A program made the translations under genes and the position numbers. Positions 1 to 11,403 of a stretch of 20,000 nucleotides of DNA are shown here, piece after piece. The DNA comes from Eremomyces bilateralis CBS 781.70 (Eukaryota), in NCBI GenBank assembly GCA_010015585.1, contig ML975155.1; one strand, written 5' to 3'. How positions within the stretch are numbered: the first letter of the stretch is position 1; each line of letters opens with the position of its first letter. The notes beneath the pieces were generated by a model. It saw only the letters and a program-made list of their open reading frames with translations. It ran no database searches and was not told the DNA's origin.

Positions 1-2600
1 ACACGACCCTTACCCCCCTTCTCGAGGTCCGTTCTCCACTTCTGGAAAAGCTCTGGGGTGACACTGGGCTTGAACGTCAAGCTGGCGAGGACTGCCTCCG
101 GGAGCCTGCCGGTCTGCTCGAGCAGCTCCAGAACGCCGTCGACATCACCAAGAGCCCACAAGCATTCAAATGCAACGTTGCGGGCGCCAGCTGCCGATGC
201 CCTCTCCGCCAGGCTTCGCAACCCCTTCGGGTCGGACGCAGAAGTGTAGAGAAGGAGGAGACTTCCAAGATCATTGCCTCGATCGAAACATTCGGAGGCT
301 AACCGCAGATCCCACATCTCGAGAGCTTTGTCACCTAGAAGGCGCCATTTGCCCTCCTTGTCTTCCTCCCGAGCGATATCCTCTGCAATGTCCAATCGCG
401 CAAGGTTCAATGCCAGCTCAAACCGCTGTTCTCCGTCAGTTGCAACTTCCAGGGCAAGCTCTTTGTGGCCGAGGCCCTCCAAAAATCGAGCAATCCGAGC
501 CATCTGGTCTTTCGGAACTTCGGCAAGAACCTCGGCTGCCGACTCCATGTCTTCGCGAAGGATTAATGTTTGGTATTCCACGACGGCCAAGGAGAGGGCG
601 TATGAAGTGATATTGATGTCCTTGTCGCAAACGTACACCCTCGAGTCTCGAGGGAGATAACCGAGCAGGTATAACGGAGCATCGGACGATGCGAGGGTGT
701 GGGTCGTGGTGCCAACCAGGTAATTCAACCGATTTGTGGTGTTGGTATAAATGAATGCATCGCCAACCCATTGACCGGTTCGCACACTGCACAGAGTCAG
801 CTTCGATTCCCCGATATGCTAGAATATCTACTTACCTCTCATTGATGTCAGTAATGACTTCGATGGCCGACTCGACACCGTCTTGCTCCACCTCGCCGTT
901 CTGTAGGGCCGCGACGTAGTTTTCTCTCGAAAAACGAAGGACGTAAAAGGTATCTTCGCAGGCAAGAGTAAACAGCTCGCCACTTTCCGACCAATAAACC
1001 TAAGTCAAGTCAGCATATAGAGACGATCCGGGGGAAACCTAACTTACGCTCTTTGGCTCCACTTCGATTCTTCGCACCAATCCGCCAGTTTCCCAGTCGA
1101 AGAGTCCAATTCCGCCTTGTCCTCTCACGCCAAGGAGGGTACCGCCGCTCAGCCCTTCAGCAGAGAACCCGACATCAAGGCCCCCGCCCCCCCGCTCCTT
1201 GAGGTTGCGGAACAGTTTGACGCTCGTCGTACTTTCTCGGATCGCAAAGTCTTTGTCATTCTCCTTGCTGCCCCATACAAAGTCCAACGCTTTGCCGTAG
1301 GCAGAATTCCGTAGGGCCAATGCGGTATAGATGATGTACTCTCCATCGCCGCACACCGCAACGAAGCGACCATTTGGCGAATGTACCAGGGTTTGGGGGT
1401 AAATTTCGGCGGAGCCAAGGTCCTTCGCGGTTATTGTAAGACGGTCACCATCTTTAAGGGTTTTGTCTGACATTGTTAGATGAAGACTCGCAGTGGATGC
1501 CATGGAAATTACCTCCTCCCTTGATGACGGCGGACAAAATCTCCGCGTGCTTCGCCCAAATCACCTTTCCGCTCCCATCCATGGACACAGCGGGTTCCTC
1601 CTGGCCCATCTTTACGACGACCGCGCCATCATCGAACCCAACGGCGACGCCTTGCTTGCCCTTTTGATAGCTGACGCACCAGGCTCGCTCCAGCCCGTAA
1701 TTGAGGGTTTGCTCCAGTCGATAGGTGTTGGCATGCCAGATCTTCACCGTCCCGTCCTCGGATCCGGAAATAATCACGGGAAGCTCGGGATGATAGCATG
1801 CGAAGCTGACATTGCTCGAGTGGCCTTCCAGGGTGGCGATGAGACCCTTGGTCGTATAGTCCCAGACCTTGACGGTCTTGTCATCGGATGTGGTAAGAAG
1901 GTACGGTTTGTCGGAGTGCGGGTAATATTCGACATGATTGACCCCTTTCGTTTCATGCGCTTCTAGGGTGAAATTCGGTGTACCGCTGCCCAGATTCCAG
2001 ATCTTCACCGTGCGGTCCAAGCACGCACTGGCAAAGGTATTCGTGTCCTTCGGGTTAATGGCCAGTCCCATGACATAGTGGGAGTGCCCTTCGAACACTT
2101 GAACACATTTCCAGCTTTTCTCCCAGTCCCATAGCTTGATAGTCATATCATCGCTGGCGGTCAGGACAAATGGTTGTGACGGGTGGACCACAATCGCTCG
2201 GATATAATCCGGGTGGGCTTCGAACGAGGTGATTTTCTCCGATGTGTTGTAATTGTAGACGCGCAGTTGGAAATCATCAGAGCCGCAGACCAGCCAATTC
2301 TTGCGGGCGATGAAGCGGCCCGCTCGAACCGGGACATCGGTCAGCTCGAAGGTCTTGACGATCGCCTGGGTTTCGTAGGACCAGATGTAAACATGGCCGC
2401 TGTAGAGGGTCGTGAGGATCCATGGCTCGGTCGGATGGAAGTCGATCCCCTTGACCCGCTCGGATCGCGCAAATAGCTGTCTCTGGAGGTTCAGAGAGAT
2501 GATGTTAGCTCCGCTCATGTTGCTGGATGAGCGTCGTCGGGAGTAAGAGACGATGGTTGTTGAAGGGCAGTGTAGCGCATACCTTGACGTCTAACCTCAT
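1..2600 (-). CDS. SEC27: Coatomer subunit beta' (COPI, WD40 repeats), 3' end truncated by the window edge; exons 2600-2583, 2482-1513, 1466-1048, 999-836, 786-<1
   Basis: Spliced translation starts [35 protein letters not shown], followed by WD40 repeats ([33 protein letters not shown]) and then VYWSESGE and [26 protein letters not shown]. Introns 2582-2483, 1512-1467, 1047-1000 and 835-787 all have GT donors, CTAAC/CTGAC branch points and YAG acceptors, and they keep the frame. Confidence 0.97.
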
Positions 2601-3407
2601 CGTGAAGGGCGCTCAATCACGATGCTGAGTTCCCAATGCGGAGGAGGTAAGGGACACAAGGTTACAGCAGGAGCATTTGCGCTGCGTCGTACAGGACTGT
2701 GGCTCACATGCGAGGTTTGAAGGCTAGATGGTGAACAATTGGAGACCAGGGTTTCAAGTTTCAAATCGAATAATGAGGATCAAATCAGCGATTTGATTTA
2801 CGCAGACCAGCAAAAGTATCCGAATTGCTCGACCAGTGGACTTGGACACTTGGACACTTGGACTTGTCGTTGACTCTCACAGACCGCAGTTCCGCTGGCT
2901 GGTGGGAGGTGTCCATTTCCTCATATGGAATAGCGTCGCTTACAAAGGCACAGCTATAGGGTTGTCACGTGATCTATTCATTTGCGGCGGAGTTTGCCTC
3001 CCCACCGTACTCCCTACAACGACCTCTCAGGATGCTACAATGAGGCGATGAGGATGCGGACTATCACAATTACACAAGCAAAGAGGCGGAATCCCGCTTC
3101 GGTGACATCAGCTTCACTATACATTGGACACATATGTACAATTCCCCCTCTCGTCACATCGCTCACTCAATCGCTCTCCGATAATCAGAACAGATAAATG
3201 AAATGGTCGGCACCCGTGGCACGGGGTAGACCTGGTATCTAATCCCCGAAATCGGGGTCCAAATCGAATAAGAATATGGGACATGACGTGCTAATATAGT
3301 GAAATGGTTGTCCGGTTCGGAACTAAATGGTGGCTGCGTGTCGATGGTTGGCAGGGCTGATATTACGGATGAGAGGAATCGACTCGTTCCGGCTCGATGG
3401 ATCTGGC

Positions 3408-6032
3408 TCAATTCCATCCCAAGCTGTTTTCGCTCATGACCGGCGCGCTGATCTGGGTCGTACGAATGCTCCGGCCCTGGCTACTTCCGCTCTGGCCTGC
3501 GGAACTGCCAGACAGGCCGCTTCGGTCGGAGTATCGGCTCTGGCGTCCGCTCATTCCGGGGGTGACTCTGTCGTGGCCTGCACCCGTCATCCATGGTCCG
3601 CCCTCCTGGCTACCGCTTTGAACGGAGCTGGTTCGCTGGTGCCGTCGTGCCTTGCGTTGCTTGTACCGCCGTGCGACGAGGACCATGGCACCTCCGTACA
3701 GCACTGCGCCGACTGCCGCTGACACACCAACGGCCACGGAGGTGGATTTTACTGGAGACGAGGACGATGCATCGCCCCCAAACGCGGAACCGCCATCGGC
3801 TTTGGTGGGCGACGATGCCGATGGATTGTTAGGCCCCGTGCCCCTGTTATCGTCCAAGAGTTGGCCAGGTAGGAGAGGAATGGACGGGTTGATCAAGCCC
3901 ATTAACGTTCGCGCCGATTCGTCCGGGTTTCCGTACAATTGGCTGACGGGCGAAAGCAGGTCTGCACCGAGCTGGCTCACCTTGTCGGACGCAACGTAAA
4001 AGAGGGCAAGCGTGGTGATGTATTGAAGATCTTCGGTCGTGTCATAGGGTTGCAACGCGTAGAAAACCACCTGCTCCCGTGGAATTTTCAGGCCAAAGGC
4101 GATACCTTCGGGAAGGAAGCGGTAAATTTGGCGTCTGCTAACTGAGCTCGACGACACGAATGGGAAATTGAGCGGATAACTGAAACCAACTTGAACAAGA
4201 GTCGAATCCTTCGGGGCTTCTGGCGTGCCTCCAGGCGGCTTGATGAGTTTTGGCATGGTAGACGGGATGCCCGTCTCGACCGCAGTCAGTGTAACCGTGT
4301 TCGACGTCGGTTCGGCAACGATGCTGCTCGGAACAAATTGCGTGCTGAGCGTATCGGACCCGGTGGGGATGACGCTAAATACGGGCGCCTCGCTTAACGT
4401 GGTTGGTCCGGGAACCACAGTTGACGGGGTCTCGATTTGAGATGTCGCAGAACTGGTAGCGGATAGGGAAGGGTCCACGATACCACTAACCGACGATGAG
4501 CTCACTGGTAGGGAGCTAGAAGGTGATTCCGATAATGAAATGGGTCCCGTTGGATCAGATACTGGAATAGTAGAGTTGCTGATAGGCAGGTCGGTCGGAA
4601 GCGTACTTGAGGTGCTTTCCAAGGTCGGAGTGCTGACAGGTGGTGCCGTCGGGTTCGCGATAAATGAGCTCTCTGTCGAGTTATCTGGCGTCGACGTGGG
4701 AAAGGCCGGATCCGAGGTTTCCGGGGGGACCTCAGATACAATTGACGAGGCCTCCGATGCAATAGAGGACAGGATCAATGACAGATCTTGGGTCGGGGCC
4801 ACAGGGTCCGTGGGATTCGGCGAGGAACTGATGCCTGAAAATTCGGACGCGGCTGAGGACAAGATGCTAGAGATGTCCTCACTAAGAGACTCTGAGGGCG
4901 TCGGAGAGCTCGTCAAATCGCCCAACGCACTGGACGCTTCGGACGCGATTGAAGAGATAACATCTCCTGGGTCGGGTGGTGAAGTGGTCTCCGGTGGAGC
5001 TGATGAAGTGGGAATCGAGTCTGGTGGGAAGGATTCAGACCCGGACGGAAGTGCTTCAATCGAGCTGGAAGCACCGGTTCCCAGCGCGCCAGTTGGGAAG
5101 ACTCCTCCTGTTAGAGATCCGATGATCCCATCCAAGAAATCACCCGATGAGGAGGTGGGAGTAGCGAGATCCGATGGCTCAGAAGCTGAAGTCGATATGA
5201 CCGAATCCGACGCCGAGCTGATGACTGTGGAGAGCCCTACAATGATGCCAGTGGGTGACTCTGACGTCGAAGGTGCAGTTTCGGATGACGGGTCCGGTGT
5301 ACTTGATGGTTGCAAGACCGTCTCGGGTGTTCCACCGGTGCTGGATTCAAAGAAAGCACCGCCGAAGGGGACCGATAAACTTGGAAGTATGATACTCGAC
5401 GGAACTCCCCCGCCGCTGCTCGGGTCGCTCTCCGAATTAGATAATGAGCTTTCTAGAGATGGTGTCGGTAGGAGGGTGGGAAGGGAGAGTCCATTCGATC
5501 CGATTCCAATACCTAGGTCTAGAATGGGGGAGGTCGGCGTCTCGGAAGTCTCCGGCACCACCGGCGCGGTCCCTGACTCTGCGACACCACTTGGGGGAAG
5601 GATACCATCGGTAGTCCCCGACTCTGCGGAACCGCTTGGGAGAAGGATACCATCGGCGGTCCCTGACTCTGCGGCGCCACTTGGGGGCAGGATACCTTCG
5701 GCGGTCGGAGTGGCCATCGGATCGAATACGAAGACACTTGTCGAACTCACTACGATAGTCGTGACAGCATCCGAAGATGTTGTCTCCTCCGTCAAGTCGC
5801 TTGCGATGTTACTGATCAGACCCGAGAAGTCTGACTCCTGGGCGTCTGGTACAGGTAGCAATGCACTCAAATTGCCGATCTGTCTCTTGACAACCCGGGG
5901 AAAATAGTACCGCGGACGGTCGGGGTCTCTGGTATTGGGAGGGGCCGGTGCGGCTTCGGCGTATGTTAATAGTGGCCCGCAGAATGAGACCATGGCCATA
6001 GAGGCCGCTAGAAATCCTCGAGACTGCACCAT
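3408..6032 (-). CDS. MSB2: Signalling mucin Msb2/Hkr1 family, single coding exon, about 874 aa
   Basis: First true ATG is at 6032 (the ORF track start at 6056 is TTG). The protein has a signal-peptide-like N-terminus, a PRYYFPRVVKR dibasic site, a long Ser/Thr/Pro-rich mucin region, a conserved juxtamembrane domain (LVQVGFSYPLNFPFV...QIYRFLPEGI...LQPYDT), one TM helix (VAVGVSAAVGAVLYGGAMVLVA) followed by RRYK, and the Msb2-typical C-terminus ISAPVMSENSLGWN. Confidence 0.93.
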   Translation of the reverse strand: MVQSRGFLAASMAMVSFCGPLLTYAEAAPAPPNTRDPDRPRYYFPRVVKRQIGNLSALLPVPDAQESDFSGLISNIASDLTEETTSSDAVTTIVVSSTSVFVFDPMATPTAEGILPPSGAAESGTADGILLPSGSAESGTTDGILPPSGVAESGTAPVVPETSETPTSPILDLGIGIGSNGLSLPTLLPTPSLESSLSNSESDPSSGGGVPSSIILPSLSVPFGGAFFESSTGGTPETVLQPSSTPDPSSETAPSTSESPTGIIVGLSTVISSASDSVISTSASEPSDLATPTSSSGDFLDGIIGSLTGGVFPTGALGTGASSSIEALPSGSESFPPDSIPTSSAPPETTSPPDPGDVISSIASEASSALGDLTSSPTPSESLSEDISSILSSAASEFSGISSSPNPTDPVAPTQDLSLILSSIASEASSIVSEVPPETSDPAFPTSTPDNSTESSFIANPTAPPVSTPTLESTSSTLPTDLPISNSTIPVSDPTGPISLSESPSSSLPVSSSSVSGIVDPSLSATSSATSQIETPSTVVPGPTTLSEAPVFSVIPTGSDTLSTQFVPSSIVAEPTSNTVTLTAVETGIPSTMPKLIKPPGGTPEAPKDSTLVQVGFSYPLNFPFVSSSSVSRRQIYRFLPEGIAFGLKIPREQVVFYALQPYDTTEDLQYITTLALFYVASDKVSQLGADLLSPVSQLYGNPDESARTLMGLINPSIPLLPGQLLDDNRGTGPNNPSASSPTKADGGSAFGGDASSSSPVKSTSVAVGVSAAVGAVLYGGAMVLVARRYKQRKARRHQRTSSVQSGSQEGGPWMTGAGHDRVTPGMSGRQSRYSDRSGLSGSSAGQSGSSQGRSIRTTQISAPVMSENSLGWN
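5566..5706. repeat. 45-bp coding tandem repeat, 3 copies plus a fragment, inside MSB2 (15-aa unit like TADGILPPSGAAESG)
   Basis: Units 5566-5610, 5611-5655 and 5656-5700 resemble GCGGTCCCTGACTCTGCG..CCACTTGGGGG.AGGATACC.TCG. Confidence 0.95.
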
Positions 6033-6101
6033 CGTGAAATCAATACGTCCGAACAAGATGCAATGGAAATGATGCCGCTGGAAAAGATGTATATGGAACG
6101 A

Positions 6102-6155
6102 CTAGAAATATAATGTCAATACGGGAGAATGTTCGACGATTTCACAGAAACTTAC
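6102..6155 (-). other. Predicted 5'-UTR intron of MSB2 (54 nt)
   Basis: Minus strand has a GTAAGT donor at 6155, an ATTGAC branch-like motif at 6120-6115 and a TTTCTAG acceptor ending at 6102. Confidence 0.6.
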
Positions 6156-6215
6156 AATGTCAGGATATTTGTATAAACGAGTGTACTTGACGAGTCAAGA
6201 CTGATAATCAGATAT

Positions 6216-6302
6216 CTGAAAAAGTTAGGAACCGTCCAATTCGCATGACAGCAATGGTCGTGGGGGTTCGACGTTTGTGAGGTTGAGGAAAGAGTAGCTT
6301 AC
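6216..6302 (-). other. Predicted 5'-UTR intron of MSB2 (87 nt; alternative acceptor at 6201)
   Basis: Minus strand has a GTAAGC donor at 6302, a CCTAAC branch point and a TTTTTCAG acceptor ending at 6216. Confidence 0.65.
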
Positions 6303-6466
6303 TAGACTGCGAAGCAGTATTCTATGTTGAAAACTTTGGATAAATGCGAGTATATCGACAGTGGTTTCGAAGGCCCAAGGAACCAAACTATACAACCATT
6401 CTGCTCCAGAACTTTTGGACAGACTGGCGAATCGAAAAAAGACACGGAAGAATCGAAGCTCTCGAA

Positions 6467-6496
6467 CGATTGATGATTGACGATTGACGATTGACG
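6467..6496. repeat. Short tandem repeat (CGATTGA) x4, one variant copy
   Basis: Sequence reads cgattga tgattga cgattga cgattga cg. Confidence 0.85.
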
Positions 6497-7850
6497 CCCA
6501 AATTGAGGGGAAAAATGAGTCGCAGAGGGTCGGTCCCTGATCAAGGTATTTCGACACCCAAATCAATGTCACAGGATTCCCTGTCTTCAGAATGGAATTA
6601 GGTCCTTGTGTTGGCAATGGAAGAACCTCGCAGGCAGACAAAGAGAAAATTGCTTCGCGTCAACTTGGAGGCAATGCAGAGAGGATCGAGGGCTTTGTTC
6701 GTCTCGAATCTCAACCTTCTCCTAAGTATGGCGATGGTGTGGTTGACAAATAGACGTTGATCCAGATCCCGGACACTCTTTTCGTTTACTTTGTTGCGTT
6801 TAAACTTGTCGTGATCGCTTTGTGTCGAGGCGTATAAACGGTTCGGACTCGGGTTGTCGAGCGAGCTCGGGACGGGTTGACGGAAGGACGGTTCGCAGAG
6901 GAAACTCGTAAAAAAATAGTGAATCAAATGAGTGTCGGGCGATTCGCAAAGCGAAATTGCCAATGAAGATGGGTCGTAAAACGAGTGGCGGAGACGACAG
7001 GCGCTCAAAGATAGGCGATGGAAGTGGAGGACGGTTGCAGTGGGATAGACAGGTCGCAAATGGATCTCTCACGGCCGACCTTTAGCGGTAACGACCCAAC
7101 ACTGCGCGCGACTCCAGGCAGTGCGGGCGTGTTGTCGAGATGTATAGGTCCCGTTGGACCGAAGGAGTAAGGAGGACAGCAAAAGGATGGGATCGGTGGA
7201 AAGGACGCTGTGAGGATGAAGGGAAATGGAAAAACTCAAAAGAGAGAGAGAGCGAGGAAGCACGAGAGCCGGACGAGGTGAGGTGAGCAGCTGGGTGACT
7301 GGAGCGCCTGGGGCAGTGCGTGGAGAGCGAGAACAGTAGAACCGCAGAGGAGAGGGAGAGACTGGCGGAGCCGGGCAAGCAACGAACGATGGAGCGAGCA
7401 AGTGGCTGCCAAGGATGTGCAAATGCCAAATGGCGGTTGAATGGCCACAGGGGCAGGCACGTATTCATTATCTAAGCCAGGGGTGATACAGGGATATTGC
7501 AGGGGGTACGGCAGGGGGTCGCGGAAGGAGCCAGCGCCCAAAGCCAAGGAACCCAGTGACCCTTCTCCAGAGGAGGAAAGTGTTATGGAGTCCAGGTCCA
7601 CACACGTGTATTTGCGCATGTACACTTGTACAGTATGGGCAAATAGTTACTGAAATACATCAATCGTCAATCCAACATCAAGCCCCTAGCCACTAGCAGT
7701 TCATAGTATGGCATAACGGGAAAGGAGGAGCGAGGGTTCCGGTTCAATTTAACTCCTGTCTCCTTTTACATGTCCTATTTTGACGTGTGGAGAGTGGAGA
7801 CTGACCTTGACCACCGTTGTCTGTGGCTGTGGGAGTTCATGTCGGACATC

Positions 7851-7882
7851 AAAACTCAAAACTCAAAACTCAAAACTCAAAA
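7851..7882. repeat. Short tandem repeat (AAAACTC) x4
   Basis: Sequence reads aaaactc aaaactc aaaactc aaaactc aaaa. Confidence 0.9.
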
Positions 7883-10800
7883 ACCTTCCGGTAGACCAAT
7901 TCGTGCCTCGTTGCTTCGGCGTGGTAATAATCGGAAGTCCGCCTGTGTGTACAGGCACAACGTGAATCCAGCGACAGTACTTCCATCGGCCATAGCCCAT
8001 AGGAGGCCTGGATTCTGGTCTTCTGAAGAACAGACTGGATGGAAGGATGGAGAATGGGACCAGGCGTCGGAAATTGCAACTTTCATTCTCCGATGCAGAG
8101 ACCCTGACGACGGTAGGGATGGCCGCAGGGATGACTGCAGGGGAATGAACACTGCCCTGTGCAATATGTACAGAAAAAGAGAGATGACCAGCGAAAAGTA
8201 AACAGCGCTAGTTTATTACCCCGGCTTAGTCTAACCCAATCAGTTCTCTCTAAGCTTTCATTGTGGGTACCTGATGTTAAGCCGACCAATAACAGATGAC
8301 ATAAGATCCAATAAAACAGGGTGAAGGGTGCTTCCAGTCGTTCTATGGCCCATGCTCCTCCTTCTTACAACTGAATTCCCGGGCTTCAGTTCCTGTTCCA
8401 CGGGTTCATTGAGCATCGTGATATGATCATTGCAATTCGCAATCCGTAATTATTGATTCAAACGCATCGACTATCGGATTTGGTTTCAACTCTCGAATTC
8501 ATATCTGGTTGTCCATCATTACACTGCATTGATTTAGAATCTTACGACGTCTCTTATTCCTTCCTACCACGTGCCAACTGGTTGTGTTCTTGATACACTG
8601 TCCGGGTGGTATGGAGTACAGTAGGATTTAAGATGTCTAATAATGACAACCTTGTGCCCCTCTCCCGTCTCGCGATATGGCCAATCTGTGGGGGGTTAGA
8701 TATTTCAATATCTGTTGCCCTATTTGAGAAGACACCAACAATATTATGGATGTGTATTGCCTATTGTTGATTCTCACGCCTTGCCTAACCATTGGCCATG
8801 ATTAAATTGAAATCATGATCTCCCTTAAACGTTTCCATATTCATATACTTTTGCTTGGTGTGCAAAACGTGGCCAACCGACGTGGGATGGAGGCAAGGAG
8901 CCCAAATGTTCCTGGAAGCCTGCCAGGTACATACCTAACCTTCAAAAAACTCCAGTCGCCTCCCCAAAGCCCTTCAAGCTACTTACAGCATGAACTCCTT
9001 CTAGTCCGAAGTCTGGAATGTTGCTAGTCACCAGGAGCTCAAACAGAAACCGTCACTCTTCGCCGTATATACGGAACAATCCAGACCCAGACTCGGAGCG
9101 AACCGTCACCTCACGCTATCCCGCCACTCATTGTCAAGCAAGGAGATGAATATCAAATATGTCAACCAAATCGCGAAACACGAGATGAGATTTCGAACTC
9201 GTCCAAGCGTCTGGTGATGTCCCCGACCGCCCGACGGTTTGATCGGCTATTCAGCCAGTTGTTGCAAGTTATAACCTCCTTAGCAAGATCATCGTGTCTC
9301 GTGTGCAAAGACAGCCACTTTCGCCGCTTGTAGTGGAACCCGATCTGTACGAAATGCTATTGGGAGCTTTGAGTTTTGTTCGTATCATTCCTATGTAGTT
9401 TCGCTTCCTTCGAACTTGGAACTGTGGAATGTGGACGAAAGCAACTGAGCCAGAGAATTAGATTATTTTGAGGCGTTGGCAGGAATGTGGCCTTTTATGC
9501 GAACTAGGGATATCCTGGCCTTTGCGCGACTGTTTCATCTGTTCGACTTTCCACAATCCATCCACACAATTTGTCGAGATTGCCAGGGGGGTAGCATGAC
9601 GATGGTAATTGATGAATGGGAACTCATCCAAATGAACGCCTGCTGGCTGCTGCAAACCTGCAGGAGCTAATAAAGCATCCAGATTCCTGTTTTCTCGTCC
9701 TTGCATGGATCAGCGACAGATCATGGAACCCAAAGTCGCGGATTTGTGTGCGGTATTGTCAAAGCCATGTGTTTTTCTTGTCCTCCTTAGAAATTGTCCT
9801 GCTTGCTGTCATGTCCACAAACTACAAAAATCAAATGCCGGTGCCGAGTACTCCGTACGAATAAGGGATACGCAGGTCTATGTCGAAGCTCTATTCCATC
9901 ATGCCATCTCATCCTCTTCGACCTTCTACCATATTCACTATTGACAAATGGTCTGAATCCTGCGACAGGGAGAACGACGGATGCAAGCCACAATGTATCC
10001 GTATGCCATCGACCAATCCGGTTAGTTCACGAGATTGACATTTCACATACCAGGTATTGCTTTAACTCTATATTTTGGTTTTTACCGAAATTCCCTAGCT
10101 ATAATCGACGTCCTAAGAATAAGTTGAGCACAGGATCCACAAAGTTGACTGCTGACGCAATTCGTTCTCACAAGTCACAATATTGACACGCGTCTCAACC
10201 CTCAACTCTCAAGTTTTCTCTTTATGTGTCAGGGCTCGGACAGTAGCATCCGAGTCTGCTTGGTCACGGTGACAGATCGTTCCCGAAAACTCCGTATCTG
10301 CTCAATGATATCGATCCTATCGGTTTGGGATGAGTATTTATGAATTTTCCTCAGCATAATTATAGATGCTTCCTATCTCTCAGTCGCTTGCCCTTGCTGT
10401 GTTTCAAGTCCAGTATATTCATTATGCAATTCTGTTCCTCGTTCTCGAAGGTATATTTCCCGGAAGATGGCATATCAGCTCCACGCCTATGGCCTTTCAT
10501 GTCGACCCCAAAGTTTAGAGATGAGATGAATAGACCAGTGCTCTTATAGCTCCGTGTCTCCGATCATGCTAATTGCTCACCTTTCAATGCCACTAAGCAG
10601 GCATATTGTGCAATGAAGGGTCCGGATTGGTACCGTTCGACAGACGGACGGCACCCTGCCAGGTCATTTATCCTGCCTATGAACCTGGTTAAGGACTGGA
10701 GGTGTGGGACTTTGTTTTCTCCCTCCTAGCAAGCTTTAGTATAGTATCAAGTCAAATCTTTCTCGGTCTCGATGGTACTTTGTTGGCCAGATATCATACT

Positions 10801-11403
10801 TTCAATATATAAAGCCGCTTCTATTTGCTTCAAATCGTTGCTCCCATTCTCGCTACTGCCCCATCGAGTCAAATAATGTTCCAATTACTATGTTCGGACA
10901 CATCGACCCGGAGATCCAAGGCGGCTTCGACAGAGGGACAAATGGCATACTCAGTGAAAGTATCAGCGCATCAGAATAGCCTCCGAGACATCGCCACATT
11001 CACTGGATAATTGCGCCCAGACTATCCGATTGTTGGAGCAGGGATTGCACTCATGGAGATCATGGACTATTGGGCTTTTGTGATGTCTTTCTCGCCAGGT
11101 CACGCTGGAATAAAGAGGGTAGCATCCTTCTAAGTCCATCTTATTGACCAGACTCTCGGAGATACTGCGTGAAGGTCTTGATATCTGCAACAGGGGAGGA
11201 TGATTTGCAACAGACATGATAATAACAAAATATAAAGAACTTTCATTGCCGTGAATCACACCCTCCTTCAAATATCATTAGGCTTCTGTAATGCAAGATT
11301 GGGATATCGTCGAGTTGAATCCGATCAAAATATCATGCAACGCCGTCGCTATGCCACCCTCTCCAATAAACCACCGCATGCGCTAAATCCTCAATCCAAC
11401 TAC

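Noticed and set aside
58..2476. Multiple small ORFs overlapping SEC27
   Set aside because: Antisense or out-of-frame shadows of a well-supported conserved gene.
2837..2866. TGGAC(AC)T short repeat in the SEC27 promoter
   Set aside because: Short, imperfect slippage repeat with no evidence of function.
4540..5907. 455-aa + strand ORF
   Set aside because: Antisense shadow of MSB2. In this register a stop needs a Tyr, His or Gln codon on the sense strand, and these are rare in the Ser/Thr/Pro-rich mucin domain.
6225..7625. Cluster of minus-strand ORFs upstream of MSB2
   Set aside because: Most begin at TTG/GTG because the region lacks ATG, and the translations are low-complexity S/L/P/F. Better explained as 5' UTR and promoter.
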